From Leucoraja erinacea (Eukaryota): a stretch of DNA of 64,000 nt. Below the pieces are notes generated by a model, which was not told the DNA's origin, did no database searches, and saw only the letters and a list, made by a program, of their open reading frames with translations. Position numbers and translations under genes: made by a program. Shown one piece after another: positions 1 to 14,800 of this stretch (the first letter of the stretch is position 1; the number at the start of each line of letters is the position of its first letter). The stretch lies in NCBI RefSeq assembly GCF_028641065.1, contig NC_073413.1, forward strand, positions 11,160,001 to 11,224,000. The letters are read 5' to 3'.

Positions 1-779
1 ACACGAGAGTTGATGTCTCCCCTTGCTGGGGTATCTAAAGCAGGAGGTCATGGCATCAAAATCATGTTGCTCAATTAGCTTGGAGATGGGAAGAATTTTC
101 CAGAGAGTGTAATCTTGGAACTTCCCAATGCAAGTGGCTCCATAACTGAAGATATTCAGCTACCCAAGCAGGATATGAGATGGCAATTTTTTTAGACGGT
201 GAGGGAACCAAGAGGTATGGAGCTAGTGCAGGAGAAATGTACTGAGGGAAAAGGTCAGCCATGATTGAACTGAACGGCAGACCAGGCTCAAGGGACTGAA
301 TGGCCGACCCCTGTATCTGATGTTTTTATCATTCCCATTGCTTCTGCAATCAGTCCCCATGCTTGTCCCCGTTCAAAAAAAACCCTCAATGTATACACAT
401 CTTCAGCGGAGCTCTGACCTCGGGAAATATATTCCAGGACCTTTGCAAGGACTTGGCTCCAGCATGCAGGAAATGCCTGCGGCTATTTAGGCTGATTGAG
501 CTACCGAAATATTTCCACTAATGCAAAGCTTATGGACATTATCAGTCTCTGCTACTGTCTGTCTGACAACGCCTGAACTGCCAGACCTCCGACCATATAA
601 TGTTTCAAATAATCAACAGTAAATAAACTACTTCCTCAAACAGCAACGGAGACCATGATAAATGTCAATAATATATATGGGATCGATAGAGTTTCATTAT
701 TTGAATATGTTAGTTGATATAAAAGATGTGCAGTGAGGTCTTCTTTCAGCCAAAGGTTTATTAAATTATGAAGCAGCCA

Positions 780-1020
780 ATGTATCGGCAAGATCTAGAA
801 TAGATCAGGCAACTGCTTGCCCTCTGTCCACCAGGGCTGGCTGCATCTCCCTGTTGTTTGCTATTTTAACACCTCTTCCCATTCCCATACCGACTTGTCT
901 GTCCTGGGTCTCCTCCACTGCCAGACCAGGGCCACACATAAACAGGAGGAACTGCACCTCTTATTCCGATTGGATAGCTTACATCCCAATGGTATGAACA
1001 TTGTACTCTCAAATCTCAGC
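780..1020 (+). mobile_element. Penelope-like element fragment, GIY-YIG endonuclease C-terminus
   Basis: [52 protein letters not shown] resembles the PLE endonuclease end (HF..H..E..I.RL..L.P.G[LM]N). Confidence 0.7.
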
Positions 1021-4000
1021 AGGTCAGGCAGCATCCATTAACCAATGCTTGGCCCATATCCCTCTAAGCTTTTCCTGTCTACGTACCTGTCTAAATGTAT
1101 TTTAAACATTGTAATTGTATCTGCCTCTACCTCTTCCTCTGGCAGCGTGTTCCATACACCCAACACTCTGTGGGATAACCATTCCCCTCGGATCTACTAT
1201 AAATCTTGCTCCACTCACCTTAAACCTATTCCCTCCAGGTCTTTACCCTAAGAAACAGATTATGACCATACATCTGTCTATGCTCCTTAGGTTTTTACAA
1301 ATCTATAAAAAATCACCCCACAACTTTCTGAAAAGTATCACAGCTTCTGCAGCCTTTCCTTATAACTCAATAACCTCCATACTTGTAAACCTTTTCTGCA
1401 TCCTTTCCAGTTTAATCACATCCTTCCTATAGCTGGGCGACCAGAATTGAACAGCGCACGATACTCCCAAGTGCAGTCCCATCAACATCTTGTATGGCTG
1501 AAACATGATGTCCAACTATTGTACTCATTGCCCTGTCTGATGAAGCCAAGCGTGCCATTGCGCCTTTCCCACATTCCCACCTCTGCGATTCCCAGCATAC
1601 CTATTTGAGTCACAATGCCATAGAGTCATTTCAGAAGGAACTTTGGAATGGCCCATGACCAAGATAACCTTATCTATTTCCGTATCCTTCCCACATGGTC
1701 CCATCTGAGGAAACTCTCTGCGACTCCCGCCACTGTCCTGGATGCATTTGAGATAGACTTGGTTTTACTAGAATAGGAGATGAGAGGGAGTCTTATACAG
1801 GGGTTGGACACAGAAGAAGATTCCCCTTTGGCCAAAAGGGGTCACCCATGCTTTAAAACCGAGATGAGGACCAAGGAGTTCACCTATTTATGTGGCCCTT
1901 GTGGCCAAGGGGTCAGAGGGTATGGAGAGAAGGCATTTGAGTTGGATGATCCCATATCATATTAAATGGCCCAGGCTCGAAGGGCCGAATGGCCTCTTTC
2001 CTACTAATTTCTATGTTTCTATGTTTCTATGTATCCCTCTAAATCTTTCCTACTCATGCCGATGGTAGACCAGTCAACTGACCAACCTGCACATGTTTGG
2101 GATGAGGGAAGAAAGCCACCTGATCACGGAGAACATGCAAACTTCACACAGACAGTGGCCGAGATCAGGATGTGTCCAAGTCCCAGGTTGTCTGAAACAG
2201 CAGATACAATAACTGGCCCCAACTGATTTGAAATTTAAAAAAAAGTGCTGAAGTAACTCAGTGGGGGCAAGCAGTGGACATGAATAGGCAATGAATCTGT
2301 AGTGGACATGAATAGGCAATGTTTCTAGTTGGGATCTTTCTTCAGACTAATTGTAGTCAGGGAGAGAAAGCTGGAAGAGTGATGGGGCAGAATAAAGTCT
2401 AGCAAGTGACAGGTGGATACAGGTGAGGTGGCCTGATGGGTGGACAAAGGCCGGAGATGAAAAGAAGACAAAAGGCTGTGAGGTAAGGAGAGAAGATACA
2501 TAAAATGTGAAGCCAGAGGAAGGGGACAGGGGGAAGGAAGAAAAGGGGGCAGGACAGTGGGTGTGCATCCAGGTGTGGCACAGTGAAGAGAAGGGGAAGA
2601 AAAGTGTGAGTTTCAGGCAGCAGCCACAGCCACACCATGGTGCTGCCCAGAGGAGGAATTCTCTTGAAGGGGTCAGGGAGGCAACCTTGAGTGGTCATAA
2701 ATCTTTTACGAGTCAATGAAAACCCAGACTAAACAAGAAGTGGCAGATGGGTTTGCCGTGTGACGTACTGTTTAGTTTAGAGATATAGCATGGAAACACT
2801 GACCACCCATTCACACCAGTTCTACCTTATCCAACTTTTGTATCCACTACCTATACACTCGGGGGCAATTAATCTACAAACCCGCATATCTTTGGGAAGT
2901 AGGAGGAAACCAGATCACCCAGAGGAAACCCACGCGGTCACAGGGTGAACATGCAAATTAAGCACAGACAGCACCTGACGTCAGGATCGAACCCAGGTCT
3001 TTGACGCTGTGAGGCAGCAGCACTACCAGCTGCGCCACTGTATATGTTACTCCTGCAATTCAGTAAGCGTAATTCATTTGCTGGGATTGCAGCAGCAGGT
3101 AGTGCCGATGTCTCACGCCCCCTTCCCCTATCCCCGGGTTTAATCCTAACCTCTGCTGCTGTCTGTGTAGAGTTCGCAAGCTTTTCCTGTGAAATAGGCT
3201 TTGCCAGGTGTTGCGGTTTCCTCCCCCGTCGTAAAGATTTTTGGGTTGATTGGCTGTTGTAAATGGCTGCCATCGGTCAGTGTTAGAATCTGTGGGGAAA
3301 ATAAAATGGGATTAGCGTAGGATTAGTGTCAGTAGGCGTTGATGGTGGGCTGAAGGGCTTGTCTCTCTGCTGAATGACTCTACGACTCTATCTGGGTTTG
3401 ATCCTGTCCTTAGATGCTGTCTGTGAGGAGTTTGCATGTTCTTCATGTGACGAAATGTGTTTTCACCGAATACTTTGATTTCCCCCCAAAGCGGTGGGAG
3501 AATCAGGGCAAAATCAATGTGCATGAGAAACAGAAATGATTTGAGAGCTAGTATGGCCTCAACGGGTCAAAAAGCCTCTTATATTGCAAGAACATATAAG
3601 AGCGATAAATAAATGAACATGAAGATTATGGGTTCAAATGCACTCCAGCCTTAAAGTCAGATTCATGTCAGCTGACACATTAATTTTAGAAGTTACTCAT
3701 CTCAACTGTATTGAGGGAATAACCATAAATGTATGCAGTTACCAAAAGGATCATTAAATACCCACACCACATGCAGCCTGTAATGATGTAGTGTGAGTAT
3801 TTACAGCTGGTCCTTTATGTCAGTTGGACCAATGTTTAGTTGAATTAAACTTTCTGCATCAAATCAATGCCAACGCATGAACCTGATACCGTCACCTCGT
3901 TCTGATGGGTTTCTGTGCTTTGAATGGGATATTAAATTGAGGTACTTCTGTACTCCCAAACAAAGGCGAATGGAGAGAGCGAATGTATTTTACGCAGAAA

Positions 4001-4709
4001 AGGGGAATCAAGAATCAGAGGACATAGGTTTGAAGTGAGAGAGGATAGATTTAATAGGAACCTGGGGGACAATTTTTTCACAATGGGCAATGGGTGTCTG
4101 GAACGAGTTGCCAGAGGAGGAAGTTGAGTCAGATACTACAGCAATATTGAAAAGATATTAAGACAGGTAAATAGATTGGAAAGGTTTAGCAGGATAGAGG
4201 CCAAACTCAGACAGGTGGGACTACTGGATAACTTGGTCAGATTGGACAAGTGGTGGAATCCCACACAGTCACAGGGAGAATGTGCAAACGTGCACTAGTG
4301 TTCAGGAGTGAACCTGGGTCTCTGGCACTGTGAGGCCGTAGGTCTACCAGCTGTGGCAACATTTAATTTCCACAGTATTGAACAACACCTCAAAAGGATC
4401 TTCATTGACCATGTGGTACTTTGGAGTTCAAGAAGATGGACACAGAGTTACCAGTGAGTTAGAAATATCACTTTAAGAAAAAGCATCAGACATGTTTGGA
4501 GTCTGTTAGCTCCATTATGTAATGTTGTTTTGATCCTGAGTAAAGTTATTTATCCTGCATTGAGATCACAAACACCCTTCTAAGATATCCAACTAAGAAT
4601 TTTACTAATCCTACTCTCGGGACAGAACAGTCATGTAAGAGGAAGAAATGAGTGCAATTAAAGCTGAGAACTGCCATTGTACACGTGGCGCCTAGATAAT
4701 TTCCTCCAT

Positions 4710-4805
4710 CTGCTCTGAATCTGTGGGTTCAAATCCCGTGACAGAGCCATGAGTCCCTAACCGAAGGCACTCCTGTGCAGTAGCTACGGAGTGCTGCACT
4801 GTCAG
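4710..4805 (+). mobile_element. Old DeuSINE (SacSINE1-like) fragment; possible reverse-strand remnant at ~22720-22890
   Basis: GTGGGTTCAAATCCC..CACTCCTGTGCAGTAGCTACGGAGTGCTGCACTGTC resembles the Deu-SINE core as I recall it. Confidence 0.45.
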
Positions 4806-5355
4806 GGCCCAGGGCCATCACAGGTACTGACCACCCCACCATCAAACGGATCTACATGAGTTGCTGCCTCAGAGATGCAGCCAACAGCATCAAGGACCCA
4901 CACCACTTTGACCACACTCTCATTTCACTCCTGCCATCAGGAAGAAGGTACAGGAACCTGAAAACTGTAATGTTCAGGTTCAGGAACAGCTTCTTCCCTA
5001 CAGCCATCAGACTATTAAATACCACAAACTCCAACTAATCTCCAAACTACGAACTGCCTTGAATGCACTAAGGACTTGGACTTTATTTTTTTTTGCATAA
5101 TATTGTATTTTTTTTCATTTATTGAACTTATTTTCTTTATGTTTGTTTATTATATTATCTATTGAGTATTGAAGAAGAGGCTCGACCCAAAACATCACCC
5201 ATTCATTCTCTGCAGAGATGCTGCCTGTCCCGCTGAGTTACTCCAGCATTTTGTGTCTAACACTGTGTTTACAAACCTGCTATGCTGTTGCATGCAAGAA
5301 TTTCATCATTCCATTTCAGTACATATGACGATCAAACATCTTGACTCTTGACTCG
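4805..5355 (+). mobile_element. Rex1/Babar-type non-LTR retrotransposon 3' end, with a nested PLE repeat at ~5168-5260
   Basis: SIKDPHHFDHTLISLLPSGRRYRNLKT..RFRNSFFPTAIRLLN, a typical Rex1 ORF end. Confidence 0.75.
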
Positions 5356-8300
5356 TTACTCCTTTCAGTTAAATCCATGATTTTTAAATAGATAAAATGA
5401 ATAAAAATCTCCTGATCATCTCATGTAATCAAGACTTCCCAATAATTAATGATGAATGGTTAATCACTGAAGGACGTCCAAACACTGCTGATGCTAGAAA
5501 TCTTATGAAGGGTCTGCAACTTGAAACGTTGCCTCTGGTACCTCCTCCACAGATGCTGCCTGTCCTGATGGGTTTTTCTAGTGCATTTTATCCTGATGGG
5601 CTTTTCCAGTGCATTGATAACTAGGTAATGACAAGCAGAAGAGCTGTTTTAAAGATTTGGTGAGGGGTGAGGAATCGACATTAACCAGGATAGTTTGCTC
5701 CTCTCCAAAATAATTTCCAATGATCACCCAACAATGAACAGCAGCCTTGTTAACTGCCTGTTCGAAAGACGGTTCCTCTGTGTGTGCTGCACTTTCTGTC
5801 TGTGCTGCACTTACAGTATCTTCCATAGCACTTGCGCAGAAAATCCACTAACAAGACGGTTCAAGGTGGCAGAGAATCTCTTCAATATTATCCCTCTGTT
5901 GAAACTGATTCTGTACCTCCACCTTCTCTTCACTGAGGGAGAACACAAAGTGCTGGAGGAACTCAGAGCTCAGGCAGCATCTGTGGAGGGAATGAATAGG
6001 GGATGTTTCGGTTAACCCAAAATGTAGCCTATCCACAGACGTTGCCTGACCCGCTGAGTTCCTCCAGCACTTTGCGTTCTACGTAAGATTCCAGCATCTG
6101 AAGTTCCTTGTGCCTACATTCAGGAATCTTTGCAGGCAAGAGCGAGTGTCTCCATTACAAAAAGTTTATGGAGACACTGTTTTGAAAACCGTCTGTTGAG
6201 CATGGAAATCTTCCACATGTCGACGTTTAATGAGTCAACAAGAAATGTGATCCCTCAGTTTGTTACCTGGTATTTTGTGGACATAGTCACTCTCATATTC
6301 ACAGCGAGTGAGACTTGAGTGGAGGAGTGGCCACTGGCAAAGACACCAGAGACCGTCAAACCCTAACTAGAACATTCCATCCCATCCCTGCCAAAAATAA
6401 GCCTTGAAAAAAATTAAAAGCAATAGGAAATGTAACATTTGCCAGACTCTGTGCAGGAGCCTCAATGAAGGTCTTTCTTGAGTTAGTTTCCCTTTTTAAA
6501 ATTATTTTGGTCCATAGGTCTCTCTGCTCCCACGCCACGCACCCTTCAACCTCCGTTGGGAAGCAACTGGTTCCCAGGCTACAATGCAGATACTTAAAGG
6601 CACCTGTGGTCGCCAGGCCAGCCACCAAGTGCTGCTGCCCCCTCCTGCCTGGGAGGAGGGAGAGAAGAGGCTGGGAGTAGACCAGAGTAAGGCATGTTCA
6701 TGGCCCTAACCAAGCCCAACAAGGGCCACAAATTAAATCCAATCAGGACCCGGAAAGGATCCAACTGCAGCCAATTGAGGCAGAGCAGAGGGGTGGGGGG
6801 AGAAGGTGTTGATGAGGGGAGAGGGAGGCAGGATGTTGTTGCAGGCACCTTGCTTCTTCCAAGAGATAGACACAAAGTGCTGAAGTAACTCGGCGGGTCA
6901 GGCAGCAGCATCTCTGGAAAACATGGGTAGGAGATGTTTGGGGTTGGGACCCTTCTTCACACTGAAGGTAGGGGGTGCGGAGAGAGGGTGGGAGCGGGAT
7001 AAAGAGCTGGAGGAAGAAGCAGTTCCCAGGACTGTTTCTTACTCGACAACAGGCAGCCCACAGGTGTGTGGAGAACAATGCCCTGGGCCGCGTCATCCAC
7101 AAACAGGAACTCTGCGGGACTGTCGAGTATGGCTCAGCCTGCCTCCTGTTGTTTATTCTACTCAGGAATGGAGGAGTAGGGGTTAGACGCTTTAAAAAGT
7201 TGCAGCCACCTCACCATCATCTGCTCCCCCCCCCCCCTGCTCCTTCAGACATTCCTGACTTCTCACACGTCCTGAAGCATAATATCCTGTTTGCATCCTG
7301 CTTTTCGGAGGTTGCAAATTCTTGAATTCATCTCGCTCGCAGTGCTTCATACACGTTGCACTGAACCCCATCCCTTCCCACCCGCTCCTAGACAGTCACT
7401 TTGAACTCCCTTCCTTGCACCTGGGTTAGCCGAAGCCCCATCCACAGCCTCAGTCAACAGACAGCAACGTGAGTGTCTGCAACACCACATTTAGTTTCAT
7501 TCCCAAAGGGGGGAGCGTTGACTCCACAAGCTTTTTTATAAATCGTCTAAAGTAAGTTAGTACTTTGATGGAGACACAGAAGCTTGAATCTTGAGCAGGG
7601 AGGAACCTAATGGGCCAGGCAGCATCTGTGGAGGGAAATGGAACAGGTGACGTTTTGGGTCAGGACTCTTCTTCAGGCTGATTTGGGGAGTGGGGAGAAA
7701 GCTGGAAAAGAGACGTGGGGGCAGGACAAAGTCTGACAGGTGACAGTTTACACGTTAGGGGGAGGTTGGTTGACACACGGATGGACAGAGACTTGAGATG
7801 AAATGGAGACAAAAGGTTGTCAGATAAGGAGAGAAATGTAAAGCTAGAGGGAAGGATTTGAGTGGAAGGGGTCTAGGGGAATAGGGGGAGGCTTAGGTTT
7901 ATTATTGTCACGGGTGCCGAGGAACAGTGAAAAGCTCTGTTTTACATGATATCCCAACAGATCACATATACTATACATAGATACAATCAGTTCAAACCCA
8001 AATATAATAGGTGGAGCAAAGGGGAAGATACAGTGTGCAGAATATAGTTCTCAGCATTGTAGCGCATCAGTTCCAGAGGCAAAGTCCAATGTCCGTAATG
8101 GGGTCGAGGTGAATCAGACAATACCCTAGCTTATGTAAGGACTCGGGCAGTAGAATTTCAAAGGATTCCTAAGAACATGGAAAGTTAGCCAGTGGTGTAT
8201 TGGGAAAGGCAAATCTAGAGGCAATAGTAATTTGCATTTACAGCACAAGAACGAATTTCCAGTTCAATGAAACTGTATCTGTATGGGCTTGTCCACAATG

Positions 8301-9944
8301 GCAGAGGCCGGTCTGTGAGTAATCTTCTTGTAAATATACAAATGAGGAGGGGAAAGCAAGTCTGCCCCTCCAGCCAGTTTTGCCATTTAATAAGATGGTG
8401 GTTGATCAACTCAGGCAACCTTTCCATCTCACCGCCCCTTGCTTCATCAAAATCTGCATTAAATTCATCTGAAGACTCCTTTGAGTAAGAACATTCCAAA
8501 GATTCTCAACTCTCTTCTCGCTCAAGACAACTCTATTTTAAATCCTAGCCTGTCGAACCTTTCCTTATTAGACAACCCACCAATCCCATGTAGTTAATAA
8601 ACTTGTCTGAACTTCTTCCAATAAAAGGACCAATACTTCAAACAGGATCCAGATCTAGTCTCACCATTACCCAATGTACGTGACAAAAAAGACACAGAAT
8701 GCTGGAATAACTCGGAGGGTCAGGTTGCATCACTGGAGAACATGGATAGGAGACATTTTGGGTCAAGACCCTTCTTCAGATTGATTGTAGGGGGGAGAAG
8801 AAAGCTGGAAGAGGCCAGACAAAGCATCACAGTGGACATAGGCGAGAGTGGGTTGTGTATGAGTATGAGGTGCTCATGAGGAATATGAGAGACGTCAACT
8901 AATTAGCCAAGAAACAACTGTAATAGAATTTACAAGCATGTGAGGGCTCAAGAGGCTGAGCTATAGGGAAAGGTTGGGCAGGGTAGCACTTTATTCCTTG
9001 GAGCATAGGAGACTGAGGGGTGATCTTATAGAGGTGTGTACAATCATGAGGGACATTGATAGGTTAAATCTACATGTTTTTTCCCAGGATTGGGGAAGCA
9101 AGAACACATAGGATTGAGGTGAGCATGGAAACATTTAACAGGAAGACTATTTTCAACACAGAGTGTGGTGCAAATATGGAATCAGTCCCTGGAAGAAGAT
9201 ATTTGCACCACACAAGAATAAGAAAGGTTTAGTGGGTTGTGGGCCAAATGCAGGTAAATTAGATTAACTTAGATGCGCATCTTGGTCGGCACGGACAAGT
9301 TGGGCCGATGGGCCACCTTCTATGCTGTATCACTTGGTGACATAGAGTAAGTGGAAATCTGATCCACTGATGTGGAACAGTTGGGGATAAGTTTTAATTA
9401 GAACGTGTTTAGTGGGTTAGAGTTTGGTGCCTGGCAGAGATACAGAACTACTCAGTCATGTCTAAGTAAAATGAAACAGAAAATGCTGTTTGTATTTCAG
9501 ATTTCCAAGCTCTGTAACATTGTGTTTTTGTCAACTTTATCTAACCACCATGGGGATGCCTATTATGGATTACATATTATTTTGGGAAGTTATTGTAAAT
9601 GTGTTACTGGAAACTACCTGGCGAATCAACCTCACCTCTATTTTTAAAGCTGAAGATCGAGTTTTGAGAAATCAGCTTCCCTGAATTTCATTTCTTTTCA
9701 AACATCGCTGAAACTCCCTAGTTTTTATTTTTATATAAAAGGAAATCAAAACAAAAGGCAACAAATTCCCATCAAGTACGTCCAGAGACTGCCGTGAAAT
9801 GCTGGTCACTGATCCAACTGCCCACACTTAGGCATTCTTAACCATGTGTGAACTGAAAGTTGATGTCAGCTGTAAGATCCTGCGTTGATCTCCATTCATT
9901 TCATTTTCATCTCGTGGCTCCCTTGGTGTCAACTGTGACAAGTA

Positions 9945-10722
9945 TTATCTAAATGGTGGCCGATTGGGAAAGGGGGAGATGCAGCGAGACCTGGGTGTCA
10001 TGGTACACCAGTCATTGAAGGTAGGCATGCAGGTGCAGCAGGCAGTAAAGAAAGCGAATGGTATGTTAGCTTTCATTGCAAAAGGATTTGAGTATAGGAG
10101 CAGAGAGGTTCTACTGCAGTTGTACAGGGTCTTGGTGAGACCACACCTGGAGTATTGCGTACAGTTTTGGTCTCCAAATCTGAGGAAGGACATTATTGCC
10201 ATAGAGGGAGTGCAGAGACGGTTCACCAGACTGATTCCTGGGATGTCAGGACTGTCTTATGAAGAACGACTGGATAGACTTGGTTTATACTCTCTAGAAT
10301 TTAGAAGATTGAGAGGGGATCTTATAGAAACTTACAAAATTCTTAAGGGGTTGGACAGGCTAGATGCAGGAAGATTGTTCCCGATGTTAGTGAAGTCCAG
10401 GACAAGGGGTCACAGCTTAAGGATAAAGGGGAAATCCTTTAAAACCGAGATGAGAAGAACTTTTTTCACGCAGAGAGTGGTGAATCTCTGGAACTCTCTG
10501 CCACAGAGGGTAGTTGAGGCCAGTTCATTGGCTATATTTAAGAGGGAGTTAGATGTGGCCCTTGTGGCTAAGGGGATCAGGGGGTATGGAGAGAAGGCAG
10601 GTACGGGATACTGAGTTGGATGATCAGCTATGATCATATTGAATGGCGGTGCAGGCTCGAAGGGCCGAATGGCCTATTCCTGCACCTAATTTCTATGTTT
10701 CTATGTTTCTATGTTTCTATGT
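9945..10722 (+). mobile_element. CR1 (HER1-type) LINE, 5'-truncated, RT C-terminus and 3' tail
   Basis: Open 216-aa frame ([49 protein letters not shown]); ends in (TTTCTATG)n. Confidence 0.92.
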
Positions 10723-11483
10723 AAGTAAACCTGGGCTCGTTCTGACCTCAGTCTCTGTGGATGATGCAATAGATTAGTTTGTTTTAGTTGTGTTTGCTTT
10801 ATAATTGTCACATGTACCGAGGTACGGTAAAAAGTGTTTTGTTACATGCTATCCAGCCACCAAAAAGACCATACGTGATTACAATCAAGCTGTCGGCAGT
10901 GTACAGATACAGGATAAAGGGTATAGCGTTTGGTGCAAGATAAAGCCCAATAAAGTCAGATTAAAGACAGTTCGAGGGTCCTCAGTGTGGACCTGACATC
11001 CTCAGGGATGTCAGGACCACACTCTATCTGCTGAGAGGAGCGTTTAGTTGCCTGGTAACAGCTGGGAAGAATCTGTCCTTAAATACATTTAGTATTATCA
11101 ATCCATTTTTTGAGGAAGGTGGAAGAAAGGTCATTGATCTGAAACATCAACTCTATTTGTCTCTCCATGGATACTGCCTGCTTTGCTGAGTGTTTTGTTT
11201 ACATATATCTGCTGGAACTATGAGAAGCAGAACACAGTAGTTGCAGGAAATCTGAAATAAATGACGGTGGTAGAAAAGGCAAGCAAGCCAGGCAGCTTCA
11301 GCTCACAATGTTCCCTCGCAAAACGTCTGTAGCTGCTGGAAATCTGAAACATAAGCAGTAATGCTCGAAAAAAATGTAAGCAGGACAGGCAGCACCTGCA
11401 GAGAGAGAAACGGAGCTAACCTCTGAGGACAATGACCTCCCAACCAACACCTTGCCCTCCCCAGCTCTCCCCCTCCCCAGCCA

Positions 11484-12003
11484 TAGAGTCACGAGTGATA
11501 CAGCATGGAATCAGGCCCTTCAGCCCAACTTGTGCCCACTGGCCAACATGTCCCAGCTGCACTAGTCCCACCTGCCTGCGTTTGGTCCATATCCCTCCAA
11601 ACATGTCCTATCCATGTACCTGTCTAACTGTTTCTTAAATGTTGGGACAGTCCCTGCCTCAACTACCTCCTCTGGCAGCTCTTTCCATACACCCACCACC
11701 CTTTGTGTGAAAAAAAGTCACCCATCCGATTCCTATTAAATCTTTTCCCCTTCACCTTGAACCTGTGTCCTCTGGTCCTCGATTTCCCCACTCTGGGCAA
11801 GAGACTCTGTGCATCTACCCAATTTATTCCTCTCATGATTTTATACACCTCTATAAGATCATCCCTCATCCTCCTGCGCTCCAAGGAATAGAGTCCCAGC
11901 CTACTCAATCTCTCCCTATAGCTCACACCGTCTGGTCCTGGCAACATCCTCGTAAATCTTCTCTGAACCCTTTCCAGCTTGACAATATCTTTCCTATAAC
12001 ATG
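11484..12003 (-). mobile_element. CR1 LINE 3' fragment
   Basis: ERVQRRFTRMLPG..LGLYSLERRRMRDDLIEVYKIM..SRTRGHRFKV. Confidence 0.85.
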
Positions 12004-12519
12004 GAGCCATTCGAACATGTCCTGCTTTCACAGCTCAGTCACCAGAACCAACCAGTCTGACACAAACTGGAAAGCCTGGTTATCTGAAAGTGGTATTGGT
12101 TTGTCACGTGTCACGTGTATGGAGATACAGTGAAATGCTTTGTGTGCTATCCAGTCAACTCATGCTGTACGTGAGTACAATCAAGCCATGCACAGTGCAA
12201 AGAGAAAAACACAAGAGTACATAGTGTTACATTGTTGCAGTGATTTAGTTACAGAGGAAAGATGCAAGGTCTGCAATGAGGTAGGTTGGAAGATCAGGAC
12301 TAGACCCTTATTTTATGGCAGGCCATTCAGTAGCCTGATAACAGCAGTTCCTGAATCTGTGGGACATACTTTCAAGATTTTGTATGTTTGGAGTGTGGGG
12401 GGAAATGGGAGTGAGTGGTCCTTGATAATGTTGCCTGCTTTCCCGAGGCACTGTGGAGTGCAGATAGAGTCGTTGTGGGGTGGGGGGCTGAATTCAGCCT
12501 TAGATTTAGGGGGATGACG

Positions 12520-12650
12520 CATGATGAGATGTGACATTGCCTCTCGAGCTTGTGTTGGGCGTCATTGGAACTGTGCAAGAGGCCAGAGACAGAGAAGTAA
12601 GTGTGGGAATGAGATGGAGCATTAAAGTGATGTTGGCAATGCTGTGACCT
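12520..12650 (-). mobile_element. Penelope-like GIY-YIG fragment
   Basis: HHFNAPSHSHTYFSVSGLLHSSNDAQHKLERQCHI. Confidence 0.55.
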
Positions 12651-13047
12651 CTGATCCAATAATCCGATCATCCTGTCATTGCTGACGTATCCATTAGTGT
12701 TGCCTCACCCAATAATATGTACTCATGACACATGTTGTTGTTTAACATGGGAAACATACTGGAATTGGTTTATACAGAGATACAACTTTATTTAAACATA
12801 TAAACATATCTGGATTCACAGGAAGAGAGCTCAGGGTAAATGGGTTTTCAAAAGTTAAACATTTTGGATGATTCCGATGATGAGGCAGGTCGATGCAATG
12901 AGTCTGTGGGACATGCTTCACTAGCTTCACTGTAATGGATGTGCCTCGGGAAACAGTGTCCGGATCACTTGGACAATGACACACTAACTGAAAGCACTGG
13001 GCCAAAGACTACGTGATGTACCTTCCCAACTTCCAGTGGCTCTTAGT

Positions 13048-13075
13048 CTGAAGAAGGGTCTCGACCTGAAACGTC
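13048..13075 (+). ncRNA. Minimal hammerhead ribozyme motif in a Penelope-like terminal repeat
   Basis: CTGAAGA-A-GGGTC-TC-GACCT-GAAA-CGTC: CUGANGA box, helix II, GAAA box and GUC cleavage triplet. Confidence 0.6.
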
Positions 13076-14440
13076 ATCTATTCCTTTTCTCCAACGATGC
13101 TGCCTTGACCCGCTGAGTTGCTCCAGAATTTTGTGATAATCTTCAGTGTAAACCAGCATCTGCAATTCCTTCGTACCCACTGATTTTCCATGTGTAGAAA
13201 GGAACTGTAGATGCTTTATTACACCATGTGTTTGATTAAAGGATTACATTTTCCAAAGATCACCCACTTTTTCGTGGTGTTTCAGACTTGTGGTTTAAGG
13301 GACAGAAACTTTCCCTCTTCTCACCCCTCCCATCCACGAATCCCCACTCCATCCAAGGCGACGTGGTTGAAGAGGTGAAGGTGAACTAGGATTAGGGTTC
13401 AGCCTGGGCTTGGCTTTAATGCACTCACAACTAAAGTGGAGGCCAAAAAACAGACAAACAGATTATTTGGATTTTCTACAGTCACCTCTGGTCCCTGCAA
13501 ATGTTTATTTTTTGTTTCCATGAGGTTTAGTTTGCTTTGCACATATTTATTAAGCCAAAGGATTATACAAAAGAGCATTAATTATCCAGATTTCACAGTA
13601 ACACAACGGCAGTGTTTCGGTCTCCTTCAGTGGAGACAACAGAGGTAAATGTGTAGCTTGCTCGTGTGTGCTGATGGCACAATAAAGGCAGACAATCGGT
13701 GATGAATATGGCTAGACAACGCAATTGAAAATGGCAGATGCACATTCTGCAAAATATACAGGCAGCGAATGTAGTGGGATTATTACAAAGGGTTGTGATC
13801 GCCCAGGAACAACGCAGACTTCCCCGGAGAGAAAATAATTTAAAAAGCAGACAGAATAGACGGATGTGGAGCTAATGTTTCAAAGCTCTCCCTCAATCTC
13901 CAACCCTGGAAGTGATTTCCACAGCCCAATTATCCGAGTCGTGCGTGCAGAATGGAAGAGCTTTCCACAGGAAGGTCGCTTAGTAAGATGACTGCTTTAC
14001 GGCACTGTAGAGGCAAAATGGCAAGGCCATGAGGAGTTGGTGTTTGAAGGAACGGGTGATTTGTTAACCTGGTGCTTGTGCATCAGGAGGCCAGACAAAG
14101 CTGACTTGTCAAGTGTGACTTTGGTACATTTTTCTTAGTCTCAGATGACAAGATAACTCAGAAACTTGATTAACAGTAACTCCAGGTCTTAACCACAGAA
14201 TGGAACTCAGAAAGATTTAATTAGGTCATAAACAGAATGTGATGATGATTATTCACAAGTTTAAATTAGTTAACAGTAGATCCAAATGTATGTTCCAATC
14301 ATGGGTGCACGCCTAATCGATGAAATTCCTGTTGGGTCTTCTCTGCAGTTTCCTGTCACCACATTAGCACAATCCACACCCCTGTTTACAAACTATTAGC
14401 CCTCAATATTTACCCTCTAACTATTTACCCTCAATGAATA

Positions 14441-14800
14441 GTGAAAGGCTTGGATAGAGTGGGTGTGGAGAGGATGTTTCCACAAGTGGGAGAGTCTAGG
14501 ACTAGAGGTCATAGCCTCAAAATTAAAGGATGTTCCTTTAGAAAGGAGATGATAAGGGATTTATTTGGTCAGAGAGTGGTGAATCTGTGGAATTCTTTGT
14601 CACTGACGGTTGTGGATGCCAAGTCAATGGATATTTTTTAAGCAGAGGTAGATAGATTCTTGGTTAGTATGGGTGTCAGGGGTTATGGGGAGAAGGCAGG
14701 AGAATGGGGTTAGGAGGGAGAGATAGATCAGCCATGATTGAATGGCGGAGTAGACATGATGGGCCGAATGGCCTAATTCTGCTCCTATTACTTATGACCT
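14441..14800 (+). mobile_element. CR1 LINE 3' fragment
   Basis: [35 protein letters not shown], plus the GGCCGAATGGCCT tail. Confidence 0.85.

Noticed and set aside
7030-7110. Possible pth2/TIP39 (expected near SLC17A7 by human synteny); VDDAA on the minus strand
   Set aside because: The following residues do not resemble TIP39 (FRER..LL..LERR.WLNSYM.KLL). No pth2 exon was recognised.
9964-10614. 216-aa ORF as a host gene
   Set aside because: C-terminus of a 5'-truncated CR1 ORF2.
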